A stretch of 49,765 nt of DNA, filler included, from Sphacelaria rigidula (lineage: Eukaryota): assembly GCA_964200075.2 (NCBI GenBank). It is 3 parts of 3 records of this genome, joined end to end, with 100 filler letters (N's around TTAATTAATTAA, not from the genome) between each part and the next. Parts side by side here need not be neighbours in the genome. Positions count along the whole stretch, not along the records: positions 33,245 to 49,765 come from CAXNAA020001326.1; 2 more parts are not named here. One strand, given 5' to 3'. Within the stretch, counting starts at the first letter, position 1. Every line of letters begins with the position of its first letter. Shown in pieces: positions 37,411 to 49,565 of this stretch. The notes below the pieces were generated by a model. It worked only from the letters and a program-made list of their open reading frames with translations. It ran no database searches and was not told where the DNA came from. A program made the position numbers and the translations under genes.

Positions 37411-39249
37411 TAGTTGGGTGCCACCTTACACGATCGCATTGTACGATACGAACCGAGAGCGGAAAATGTCTTACGTAGTCGCGTCGTACGAATGACAGGT
37501 GGGAATTACGTGATTACTAATCACAAGTAGGAGCATTTACGAATCGCGTTTCTTCGACGAACCATGTTTCGAATGATTCGTACAAAAATAACATGGGGGA
37601 ACCAAGGGTCTGCCGAGAGACACTTTCTGGACACGTACCCCCCCCCCCCCTATTTTATGGTTTGAGGTGCAGTACCTCTGAGGAGGAAAGCCACACTAAA
37701 CCCTCGTCCTGATGTTCGCAGGAAAAGGGGCTCAAGCTGGACGAATTCACTGCGTATACGAGATTGCGGCAATCCACTCAAATGAATTTGCTGCCAGCTC
37801 AAACGGCGAAGGAAGTCAGTTCAAAGCGTTTACAAGAAGTGGATATTCAATTCATTGTACAGTTACCAACCAGTAGCCTCAAGTCCCCTAAGCTTGGTCG
37901 ACCACCAGGACTCGCGTGGCCCATGGAGCAAGGGTAGTTCAGTGTTGATTAGTCGACCGAAAACCATAGAGTGAAAACGAGGACACGGGTGCTGCGTTTT
38001 GCACCCCACACCGAGAATTAAGACTCACACATAGTCAGCAAACAAGGAAAAAAAAAAGCCGAAATGCACGCACGATGAGATAGGGACCTTGCTGTCCCGT
38101 AAGAACAACCAACGGTTCGTCTGCACCAGCTAAATATCCCGTGCATCGTGCCGTCAATCATATATCAAAGAAACTTTTGAACATTACTGAGCGTTGTGCT
38201 CATGGAGCATACGAATTGTAAACAGACCCTCATTCAACCATGCATTATGAGTTCCTTGGGCAACCGTTGGACACAACTCGGAATAGCCAAATCCTATTTC
38301 ATGAAAACTCGTGTCCGGCAAACGGGTAATGAGCAAAACATTATATCCAAAATTCAGTTACTATTCGAGCGTATCAAGCATTCATATCCGCTCAATCTAT
38401 TACTTCTCTTCGTCGAGGCCCATTCCTCCAACAGCCATAACACCTCCCGGAGGCCAATTTTCGTAAATAGCCATGACTTTTTTTTATTTTCTTCTTAAAT
38501 GATGTTGAAGAACTTGATCAAGAAACACTGACCAAATCCGAAATTTTTGGTGGGCTTTACGATGCTCGTGTATTTGCTTCTGCTCCTTGCCCGCTCTGTC
38601 CCGATGTCCTCGGACGCCGCTTACACTCACACACATGTATGCACACGAGCGCACGGTAGCGGCAGCCTGTAGTCAAAGTAGCAACATTATCTGGTCACGC
38701 CTTGCCCCAATTGGGACAGCGGCTTCTCCAGAAGATTCATCGGGGGCTTCGCTAGCAGAGGGAGCTGCTGAAGATGATCTAGCTCGGGGGTGGCAGCGTG
38801 TCCACCATCTCAGCGACTTTCATGCCAAGGATCAGTGGACACAGCAGCTGACCGCATCCGTCAACGCATCGGCTATAAACTAGGGGATAATACGCTGGGT
38901 GTCCCCGCCCCCCCCCCCGCTAACCCTCCCCCCCTCAAAAACTCAGTTTTTCGATTTGAGGCCTACGTGTCCAGAAACTTTCTCCCGGAAAAACATTGGA
39001 CGAACCACAAGACAATTCTTCGCATGTGTGGAGCTCATTCGCGTGATTTACAGTGCTGCCCGTGTTCGTGGGCTTGCTTGCTCAAATGCTGCGGTCGTGG
39101 GGTTCCAGAGAATGACAACCTTTCGTGACGAGAATAAGGATTGTTCTGAGACGTGGAATAAAGAAACAGTTGTTCAAGTTGTCTCAAAAGAAATTTGTTT
39201 GCCGGACTTTGGAATGTCCCCTGATTCTGACCATGGAAAAGGAAACAAA

Positions 39250-40030
39250 TTGTGGAAGCCTTCGCCCTCAGCTTTCCAATAGGCCCACCCACAAGGGTCG
39301 AGGCACTGAAATGTATTTTGCTATGACCGGAAAGCGAACATTCTGCCCCACTGAACCAGTGAGCTCACTGGCTCAATGGATAAAACGTTCACTTCCTGAA
39401 CACAAGATATGCCTCCCTGTCTTGCGTAGGCTCGTAGCAGAACAAGTCTCTGGAACGGCTGTATCCAAAGCCTTACTAGGTTATGAGCCTACGCAACACT
39501 CTCGGGGACAACCTCGCTCTTAAAAAAGGGATACTCCGCTTCTAGCGGGGAACCTAGCGAGTATTTATCGTGGTCCACAATCGTGGCTGCGTTAATGGGG
39601 GAAGAAGGATTTAGAAAAGTGATGACCGGAGCTGAGACTGGTCCGAATGAGCTCGGCAAGGGAGCCACAGACCCTGCTGGAGGCCGCATTGGTGTGCGGA
39701 GAGGACGCAGTTACCCCGATGAATTACGTCGGGCTGGTTGAATAAGCAGCGCCATGCGTATCGTCGCAGCTGTGTGGTGAGTAGAGTGGGGGAGCTGCCC
39801 CAAAGAAAACAAATTGCTCCTGATACGCCAGACCACCACGCACCCGGTATCACGCGGGTTGTAAGGTAACAAAGGCTGCGACCGTGACCGCAACAACCGC
39901 CGAATCGAATACAGCTCGTCCGATGGCAACTCCGACTCCGTTGCCCAGTGCATCAGCTCACCTCAGCCTCCGACAAATGTAGGTGGCAGAGGTCGCGGCG
40001 TTCGTGGAGGTGGCCGGGGGGGGCGCGATG
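39250..40030 (+). mobile_element. Decayed Ty1/Copia remnant (putative LTR end, PBS, gag fragment)
   Basis: GGTTATGAGCC at 39479-39489 is complementary to the tRNA-Met anticodon arm. It is followed by a frame encoding SGEPSEYLSWSTIVAALMGEEGFRKVMTGAETGP (Copia gag N-terminus-like) and a GRGRGVRGGGRG stretch near 39990. Boundaries are uncertain. Confidence 0.5.
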
Positions 40031-40768
40031 GTCATGAATCGTACCGAGCATGAAGTAGCTCTCCAGAGAAAAACAAGCATGATACTTGACGTGATAAAGT
40101 TGATACTCCAAAGAAAATTATTTGATTTGAGTTGAAACTACATTTTTTTTAGAGGTCAGTTGTTGAGAGGACACAAGTCAGGGAATAGACTACAACAGGC
40201 TACTCAATTCGTAGTGTCGTATATATATGCAGGCGTGTCTATGATGTAACCGTCATATCGAAGACGCTTGGGCGAAGTCTGGATTATTTCACGCTGGGTT
40301 TGGATAGTACTCCTCTGCATAGAGGACTGATCCACTGCATGTTCCATGGATACAGCAATTCCAAAGCCTCGTTATACTGCCCTGTCCTGCACGGTACTAC
40401 TATACTGTACATCACAGAAAAAAATTGATAGGAGGTATCCTTCGGGACGTCCGCAAGCCTCGACTCTTTTCCATTTCAATACATATATATATATATATAT
40501 ATCAGCCACGGAATAGACTGCTCTAAAGCACACCCGAAAATTCTGAAAATGTCAACGCCGCGCGGTTGTGATTGATTCAATGGTGTTCTCACGGTAACTG
40601 CTCCGCTACGAATCCTACGATGGTCACAGGATAAAGACGTCCCTCGGGCAACCACAGAAAATTAACAAAATGAACAAAGGCCGAGTAGAACATGGACAAA
40701 AGATCAAGGAGATCTTAAACATAAAGGACGAGACTCTCTGGACCATCGCAATTATCATCAACAGTAAT

Positions 40769-41120
40769 GACCAGTCGCCCCAGTGGCTCAGTTGGTAGCC
40801 TCGAAACCTTCTGACGGTCGTGTCGTAGGTTCAAATCTCGATGCAGTCGCACGATTTGGGTTTCTTCTCGCACCATGCCCAAAAGTGAAAAGCGATTATC
40901 TCGTGGGTACGCAAAAATTTGACTTCATGGTGAACGAGTGAAAGGGGTCGCTGAACCCCTCTCGCGATAAAAAATTGAGGCAAGCACCGCAGAAGGAAGG
41001 TGGGGTACTAAAACGAAATGGAAAAAAAAATCGACGTTGGCTTCCCTCCTGTGTGACTGGCTGATGCGCCCACGTACAACGAAAGGTGTAGACTGGCGTC
41101 CAAAATACATAGATGCAATG
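40769..41120 (+). mobile_element. tRNA-derived SINE-like repeat, second copy
   Basis: GACCAGTCGCCCCAGTGGCTCAGTTGG...GGTTCAAATCTC; shared body motifs CCCTCTCGCGATAAAAAA and CCGCAGAAGGAAG. Confidence 0.7.
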
Positions 41121-41335
41121 GCAATTATCACGATTTCGTGTCCCTAAATTGGAACGGTGCGTGATTTCTCGTGGCAGTGAAGTTGTGAACCGTCATTTTC
41201 ACTATCATTCTAACGAAACCTCTCCCACTTTTCTTGTCTCGCTAAAACACGGCCTCATCTCAGTGGCGTATTGACGATGTTGTCTGCTTGATTGAATCGG
41301 TTTGCATGGGCGTCCCACATATGTCTTTCGCACAG

Positions 41336-42488
41336 GACTGATTGCTTCCGGTCAGAGTCATTCGTTTGATGTTGTCTACGTGGACGGTTCCCACCAGGTG
41401 AGAACCCACTCTATCAAACGGAAGATGTGCCGGATGCTTTTCGACGGAGAAGGATTTGGATCTTTACTGCGCGAGCTTTCGTACATTTGACAGAAGCAGC
41501 AACGTAGAAAAAGTGCTGGCTTTTGGCATGCAGACATGAACCGGGGTCGGGAATGTAGAGAGACTTAAGGTCGATATTGTACGAATCATGTTGTTCATCG
41601 TCCCGCGTAAAACCGCAGCCCGTCGAGTTGTGCAGCAATCGTATTTGTAAATGCAGCAGGTGCGCCTCGATAAGAGTATCCCTATACACAGTGTGTTCCT
41701 TGAAGGGTGCACAGACCGGTAATATAAACAGTAGGATTTTTGCTGTGTGTGGAAGTATCTCTGTACACGTGAAGCATAGTGTCCTAGATGAAGTATTCTG
41801 TGAGACTGGACCAACCATGCTATATACAAGTCTACCTGCTGTATGGTCGTGAAATATGCCCATTTCAGTCAATGATAGCGACGAGTGCTTGACGTGGAAT
41901 GGACCGATAATGCCCAGCCTGCCGTCATTTACATCGTAACAAATCCCTTTTGGTTTCAAACCAGGTAGCTTGCGAATGGTGTTCAACCGCTCTTGCTGCT
42001 CGTTTTTTCCTTTTGTACTTCCGAAGACGCCGTTGTATTGCAGAGCACGGCGGTTCCAAACAAACGCATCGCTCTACCACGAATGGAATGTGGAAAGTAG
42101 TGCTTGAGCAGAATTTCCCCTCTACATTGCACTGAAGTACCGGAAGGGATGCACCCATCCTGGAATCAAGAGAAACATGTTATGTCAAATCACAGATCAA
42201 GCATCGAAAAGGCCTGCGAGGGATGCGTAAGAGAAAAGCCTAGGCGTGCTGTTTCGCTTTGTCCTCTGTATGCCATAATTTTCCTTGGTCCTATGTGGCA
42301 CGCATGTATGCGTCTGCGGTTGGTTGCAGTTGGCGGATGTTCTTGCTGACGGCCGTCTCGCATTTAGACTTCTCAAAGTGGGCGGAATGATCATCTTCGA
42401 CGACGAGGGCGCGGCTGGGGATGTTGCCAAAGCTACCGCTCTCCTCGAGCAAGCTTTCGGAGACAGCATGCAGGTCTTATACAGAAAG
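41336..42488 (+). CDS. Class I SAM-dependent methyltransferase (Methyltransf_24-like), two internal exons; partial gene or pseudogene
   Basis: Exons 41336-41397 (LIASGQSHSFDVVYVDGSHQ) and 42330-42488 (LADVLADGRLAFRLLKVGGMIIFDDEG...QVLYRK) join in phase 0 via GT-AG. They give the FD.IY.DGSH...DVL.D...AF.LLK.GG..IFDD signature. No motif-I exon found. Confidence 0.72.
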
Positions 42489-44999
42489 GTATTCAATGGA
42501 ACCATATCAACAAAATATTAAATACCCACCTGTTTATTTTCTGCAATTTTTGTTAGACTTGCCCCTTTCGTGGGACTACTGTAATCCCAAGTTTCGACAG
42601 GTTGTAGCGAATCGACCCCCATCTCCCCCACTACGCTCCTGACAACTCGTCATAAAGCGTTGGATCAGCACTATTGCGACTTTCGTCGAATTCGTACGTC
42701 AGCTTCCGTCCGATTTTTGTTTTCGCTCAGCCTACTCATGTCATCGCACGTTCGGAAAAAGAAAACAAAAGAGCTACCGCTTGCATCAGAATCCGAAGTC
42801 ACGAGATCAGCGCAAGCTAGTCTCTGATGTCACCAGACTAACCACTAGGGCACCGCGACTGAGTACTAGTGTAGTCAGTCCCCCGGCTCGCACATCATGT
42901 TCATGCCAGATCTGGAGCATAACGATATTTGCTGCTACACGCGAATTATTCTCCCTTCATCGATATGAATTCAAGAGCGATACCTCTTCTTCTAGGCGCC
43001 GGTAGGATCTAAGGTGGTGCTATTACTACGGACGAATTGGAGCCGTTCAAGGTCTATTGTTGTAGACCTTGCCGGCGGGAAATATGCCTGTTAACTGTTG
43101 ACGTGCTGATCATAACTACCGCGATTACTGATAAGTAGAGCCGAAAGATGATTCCCGTAACATGGAGAGCTCTTCAAGGGACGTCGGGGAAAAATGACCG
43201 TGAACTCGTCATCGACTGGCGACAACAAAATACAAACGAATACATACGTGAAAGAGCATCAACTGAAGAATCAGACATGTCGAATGCGAAGACGGGAGCC
43301 AACTGTACTTGTTTCTCCTCCGTTTCCGAGACCCATACAGTATGTGATGGCTTAAAATGACCGCGGTGACATATAGAATCAATAAACAAGTTGAAGATAT
43401 ATTTGGGCAGTTTTGAAGATATTGTTATTTTTCTGCCAGCTTAAGGTTTGTGAGTACAAATATTCACCTAACGGGACGGTCTCTGATGACTGCTTTTACT
43501 TCACGCTACACCAGGGGAAGTCATCACGCTGCGGAAACTAAAACAGGTTTCCGAAACGGTCTAGTCAGCTAGATATTTACACTTACAAAGTTCACTGACA
43601 GAAAAACGCATGTGTCCGTAACCGTAAGAATAGAAGCAATAGTCTATATTCCCATGGATAAGTCAGATTGTCCGAGGAAAAGTAAAAGATACGCCGTTTG
43701 CTCGCCCAACATTGAAACACATACGACAAAAAATGACTCCAAGTGTCTGCATGAGCATGGAGGAGGAGCATGGAGTACTGAGCGCAAATAGGTTTCATTT
43801 AATGCAAAATAGAAGCAACGGGTATATTTTGAATGGAATTGGTGCTACATATTATTGTCGTCCGATCATGTGGCCTTATTCTTGTAACATATGGGAGGGG
43901 GACAGCCTTTATCTCACAAATGAATACGTGCGCCAGAGACCACTTCGGCCACTTAAAAACCGCTCGAATCCATGCATGTTGAAAGATGGATCGATTTCTT
44001 GAGACCGCGGACTCGTCCCGAGGTGGGTAAAGAGTGATGAAAACAATATTACGAAGTACCAAGATACAGCAATAAATAAACTGACAGCAGGTCAACATAA
44101 TAAACAGTCGTCTCTCTACTACCTCAACTGCGTCGGAACCAAAGTCCGCTAACCATGTCCGACCCCATGTCACGCAGTGTTATCAACCCGACAAAGCAAA
44201 GCTCCTCCGTTACTTGCCTTGCACTTCGTTTTCGAGTGTCGGATCAGAAATCCCACAGCCTGTCGTCAATGTTTACCTTTGAAATTGTTTTTCGCGAGGT
44301 CGCGTATGAAAGAGTTTTGGCGACAGAAAGTAAAGGATAGGTTCTACTCAATGCCGGGATTCAACGCACGAAACCCGTCCGAACACCTTGAATTACCTAG
44401 AGTGAGGGTCTCAGTACAAATGACATCAGCCTGATTACCCAACGTTCAGGTGGGACGCTCAACTTGAGGGTCGGCCTTCAAGTTGAACACCGGACCTGTA
44501 TATTGAATGTCCAAACTGAAGATCAGGCATTCAAAGGGAGTCTTTGTTTTGAACCACAGACCTTCAAATTTAACATTCACTGAACACCCAATCTGAAGGT
44601 CCGTGATACAAAGTGAAGGCATGACCCTCAATATGACCCTCTATAATTATGCACGATGAATAGCGATAGAGGTCGTACGGTAAAAAAAACAGACCAGCCG
44701 TCTTCGTCCGTTGCCAAGTTGGCGACGGACTGTAGTACACGGCACTGAACACCATGGGCGAAACTCCGAAGTAAAGCATACAAACAATCCACAGCGACCA
44801 GACGTCATGATGAAGCACGAGTTATTCGCCTTTCGAATGCACCAAGTAATTGGTATACTTTGACGCCAGTGCGGCGATGAGAAAGTGGTGTTCTCGCCGC
44901 AGTACCTTATTAAACGCCGTTCACATGCGGGCAGCAAACCCAGGTATGTAGTTTACCACATCGGGCCAACTGCCTTCACGTGATTCCCATCCACCGACA

Positions 45000-45640
45000 G
45001 CTTGAACCTGCCTTGAAATTGAACTTCAAATGAAATTCGAGTCGTTAATTTGATTGTTGGCCCTTTAATTCAAACAATCAACGTAAATTCCTCTTTTAAT
45101 AGAAGATGTATAATCAAATTGAACCTACAAATTGAACCTTCAATTCAAAGGGGACTCTCAAGTTGAACCTTCGCTTTCACTATAAGGATTTTCGACTTGA
45201 ACGGCGCATTCAAATCGACAGTTCGTTTTCAAGATGCCGGAGGCCACCTTCAAAATAAACTTGCAATCCAAGGCCTGGAACTTCGACTTGAATCTTCGTG
45301 CTGAGGATTCACCTTTGATTTGACGGCCCAATCTGAAGGCTTTACGTTCCGTTTGAGGCTTCAACCTGAAGGTCAACCTTCAACGTGAAACACTGATACC
45401 AATCTTCAATTTGAGCGTTCGCCCTCACCTTGAAGTCGTCACTTGAAGGCAGGCCTTCGAGTTAAGGGTTTGAGCTGAGAGTTCGAGTTTGACTTTGAAT
45501 GCTCAACTCAAGCACGCAGGAGTTCAAGTTGGACCTTGAGCTTGAAGCTACGATTCTTAACATGAGAATGTGGTCTTCCAGTTGAGGCCGTCACTCTCCA
45601 TTTAAATATTCAATCTTCGACTTGAGGCTTCAAGTTGCAT
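45000..45640. repeat. Degenerate TTGAA/TTCAA short-unit array (a related block lies at ~44445-44640)
   Basis: Dense TTGAACCT, CTTCAA and CAAGTTG motifs. Confidence 0.65.
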
Positions 45641-45659
45641 GATCGATAACAGCAGCATA

Positions 45660-46600
45660 CCTCCATCTGGAACATCCATCTGGGAGATTCATTTAAGATA
45701 CCCACGTACATGTGGAGTTTCCACCTGAGACATCTATATGATACAGTATGCATATCCAGGACACCCATTTAGGATATCCGTCTGGGATATGCACCTGAAA
45801 TTTCCATCTCGGACATCCAGCTGGGATAGCCTATTTTGATATGAACATCCCTGAATGAACTGATATTTCAGATGGATTCGACATCCAAGACGAACATCCT
45901 CGATGGACATCCCAGAAGGACAAATTTGATGGGTATTCATATTCCACATGAACATCCCATCTAAATGTTCTTAGGCCCACTATTATCGACGCTGTTTTTT
46001 CCGAGATCTCCGAAATTGTCGGGACTGGCAAGGCACTGGATGGTTCTCGAATGCTTGCAAGCGCCACGGCGTATTCCCAGGGGCAGCTCTCCGAAGTGCT
46101 GCGTTGCAGTCTAAAATTTTCGGACTACTCCAACAATGAGGCTTCGGGAAAAAAATCAAGCTGTTTCATTCTCGGAAGTCTGAATGCCGTGGCCAAGATC
46201 TCGAAGAATGTCCGAGATCTCTGAAAAAAATTGTCGATAATAATGGACCTTCTTGGATATTCCGGGGAAGCATCACGTGTGGAAAGCTTTCATGAACATC
46301 GAATATTGATCTGGCATGAATCCGATATTCCAGGGGGACGTCCCAGATGAACATCCCAATGCATGTCTCAGATGAATAATCCACACGGACACCCCAGGTG
46401 GACATCCCAGATAAATACCCCACATTGATTCAACAGCCCAGATGAATACCCATGTCCGAGATGCGTGCCCACATCTCAGATGGATTTTCCCAGATAGATC
46501 TAATATCCTTGATGGACATCTCAGATAGACATCATATATTCCACACGGACGTCCAGATGTATACGAAGTCTCAGGTGACTACCCCAGATTGATACTTATA
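45660..46600. repeat. Degenerate ~12-13-bp unit array (CCCAGATGAACAT / reverse complement), interrupted by a MITE
   Basis: Recurrent CATCC, CATCTG and CAGATG(A/G)ACATCCC motifs. Confidence 0.7.
45974..46249. mobile_element. MITE nested in a degenerate 12-13-bp repeat array
   Basis: GGCCCACTATTATCGAC / GTCGATAATAATGGACC TIRs, with CCGAGATCTC subterminal motifs. Confidence 0.7.
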
Positions 46601-47094
46601 TTCCATAAGGAGGTTGCACGGTGGTACTGAAAGCCTCCCACTTCTGGCGTGCAACAGAAGTAGCGTCATATCTACTGAAGTGTTGTGCAGCACAACGCAA
46701 TAAATCTCTGCTCTATTACTCTATAGGCCCCACACGTATACACATCCAAAAGCTGTGCCGCTCACTGCGGCCGCACGCATAAGCGGCTCGCTAAGAAATG
46801 TAATGCCGTCAGTAACAGTAACTCTTTTGGACTTGGTGACACAATGCCCAAGAATTCAGGCTCAATCACTGCTAGTAGTGGTGACCCCGAACTGATTTCT
46901 TTAGGTGAGACGCGGGGTGTTCATATTTCAGGTGAGGTTAAGATGTATGCTTGCGCCTGCAGCCCAGAGCAGTACTCTAAGTCACGTAAATTTCCGCCAT
47001 ACGAATACGCGGCTTCCGCTCTACTCTTGTGTTTTCGGGTTTTCCACGCAAAAGTATGCGCCCGTTCCTATAGACACACATAAGTCTTACCCTC

Positions 47095-47342
47095 GAGCAA
47101 TGCTACGGTTGCGCGAAAACTTGTCTGGTTCAGGGGCTCCTAACGATTCTAGATAGCACAAGAATATGGGCCAGAGCATCCCCGTTTGCAAAACCATTCG
47201 GGATATCTCTAGCATATTGAAAAAGTGATTCTGGCGTACTCTCACGTATTTCATAAGTCGTGTTTTGGATGAGATGAAGGGCTCCAAACTATTCTAACCT
47301 CAGCAAATATTTGTGCACCCCACCCCTACCGTAGCATCACCC
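47095..47342. mobile_element. Second copy of the Sola2-like MITE
   Basis: GAGCAATGCTACGGT...CCCCTACCGTAGCATCACCC; collinear with 48731-48990, with a small 5' deletion. Confidence 0.75.
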
Positions 47343-48730
47343 TTTCTCTGTTCCTTCCCTTCCCTCTTTCTACTTGGTTTTGTTTCGTTTTTGAGTTTTC
47401 TGCCTTTGTTTTTTGTTCTTGTGCTTTCTCCGCTTGTTTGTTCCATGTTTCTGTCCGTTCCACTTCTCCTTGTCTTCATCGGGCGTCGTTTCCGTCTTGC
47501 TCTACCTTAGGTACGTGTATCTTGTGACCACGGCCTGGTCCCTCGGGGATCAGGTAATGTCCGACAATTAACCCAACAGATATGCCTCATGTTTCCTCTG
47601 CTGTTTTCCCCCTTCTTTCAATTTCGCCCCTCTCGCGTGCTCCCTTGTCCATCGAGTGGTTACGCCCATGCACTGCGGTCGAGTGTTTCTATCGTGTGAC
47701 AATGGTTAGATTCGGGGCAAATTAACTATTACCATCCTATAATAACCAATCAAATTGAAACAGCGCCTCACACAACTATCCTGCTTGGTGTTAAAACAGG
47801 AGCAACTAGTGGCGAAGAAGCTGGATGATCAACGCGGGGCATCGACGTCGACGAAGCTAGTCGCCATCCACGAGCACGGAGATGTACCTTTGGGTGTCTG
47901 TCCGTCTGTGAGCAGGGAGATGTTCCCCGATAGAGCGGCGGGTATTGTGGACACGGCACTGGACCGCCTGCTATGATCGTGTTGAAAGGAACTGTGATGT
48001 ATCTTGCTGTATCCCAACGGGAAAGGTTGAAACTGTAAATAACGACAGGCATAACCAAAGGGATGAGTGCCTCACTTCGGATCTTTCAAGTAGCAGCGCA
48101 TGCGTTCAGCCTCTATATATCGTGCAACCACCGACCCAACCTCGTCTGGCGCAACGTCACAAACCGTTATGCTGCCGTGAACGTCCGTACATGCTGAGGC
48201 GCTGTCCACAGTTGAGGGGGAACTGCGATAATCTTACAGGTGTAGCTGCGGGAAAAAAACTTGAAACAGACGCGTTCGATCGGTAGTAAGGAAGTTTTGT
48301 TGCACAAGGTTTTCGGATGTCAGAGAAGTACAGGCCCAGCAATGTCGCTCTCATGAAAGAAAAAAGAGTAGCATCTGATGACTTATCTGTGAGGATGGAG
48401 CCACAGTCAGCGGCATGTACCAGACACCCGAGCGCGATTTTGGCGGTCGAGCGGTCACCATCCTCTTCCTGTAGATGGAGAGTATTTGAACCGTATCCTG
48501 GACCTTCCCGGCGTTCTTGGTTTTTGCCAGAAGCCTCACTAGTTTAATACGCAAGCCGACACACACACATGAAACAGTTGCGGGACACTCCACCTTTTCA
48601 CGCATGAATCGAAGTTTGGAGACGACGCGGCGGGGAAGGGGGGAGAAGATTATCGTATGCCGAGTAAGCAGGCTACCATATCTACTAGAACCTTCCCGGG
48701 ATTGAAGTTCATTCACGCGTTGAGAGGTAA

Positions 48731-48990
48731 GAGCAATGCTACGGTAGGGGTGCACTTTTTTCGCGAAATATTGTCCAGTTGAGGGGCTCCTAACGACTCT
48801 AGATGCACAAGAATATGGATCATGGCATCCCCGTTTGCGAATTCATTCGGGATATCCCCAGCACATTGGACTTGTAATCCTGGCGTACTTTCACATATTT
48901 TCGTAAGTGGTGTTTTGCATGAGATGAAGGGCTCCTAATAATAATTCCAACCTCAGAACATATGTGTGCACCCCTACAGTAGCATCACTC
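48731..48990. mobile_element. Sola2-like MITE (GAG...CTC ends, 25-bp TIR, 4-bp TSD GTAA)
   Basis: GTAA|GAGCAATGCTACGGTAGGGGTGCAC...GTGCACCCCTACAGTAGCATCACTC|GTAA. The superfamily call is inferred from termini and TSD length. Confidence 0.75.
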
Positions 48991-49245
48991 GTAATGTCGC
49001 TGGACCAGGAGCAAGGAGGTATGCTGACTGTTTCCAAGATTTATTTATGAGTGGGTGCGAGTCAGAAAACGATCTGATGATGTGATCAGTAAAAACCGGT
49101 GAAGTACGCTAGTTTTTGAGATCCCTCGGGACCACGCCGCACCCTATGCAGTGAAAAGGGTTAAGGAAAATATCAGCTCGTCCCATCAGTTTTGACGCAG
49201 TTCTGATCACTGTTACAGCTGGTATGGCTATATGTAGACCTTCAA

Positions 49246-49565
49246 ATAGTGGATCCTCGAAAATGAGGTTGAAAAGGAAAATGAGGTTCAACTCGAAAGC
49301 CGTGCTTTCCCTGACCTAAATTCATGACAAATTACCTTCATACGGACGACCTCATCCCTCCCGACCTCCCTACAAATATTTCGGGGGATTTCTAGCTTTC
49401 CGTTTCCACAGAGGATATGTGCAAAAGCACACTTTTGCCTCGATTTCGGGATGAAAAAAGGACGTTTTTTGGCCCAAAAACTGTGCTTTCGCACATACCC
49501 TTTGGGGGAACGGAAGGCCAGAAATATCCCGAAATAGTTCTAGGGACGTCGGGACGGATGGGGTC
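49246..49565. mobile_element. Truncated second copy of the long-TIR fold-back MITE, opposite orientation
   Basis: Same arm sequence; the loop is the reverse complement of that in 36987-37410; the right arm breaks off at ~49565. Confidence 0.85.

Noticed and set aside
31809..42488. Functional cluster of CCA enzyme, tRNA-like elements and methyltransferase
   Set aside because: Separated by an artificial contig linker; no real linkage.
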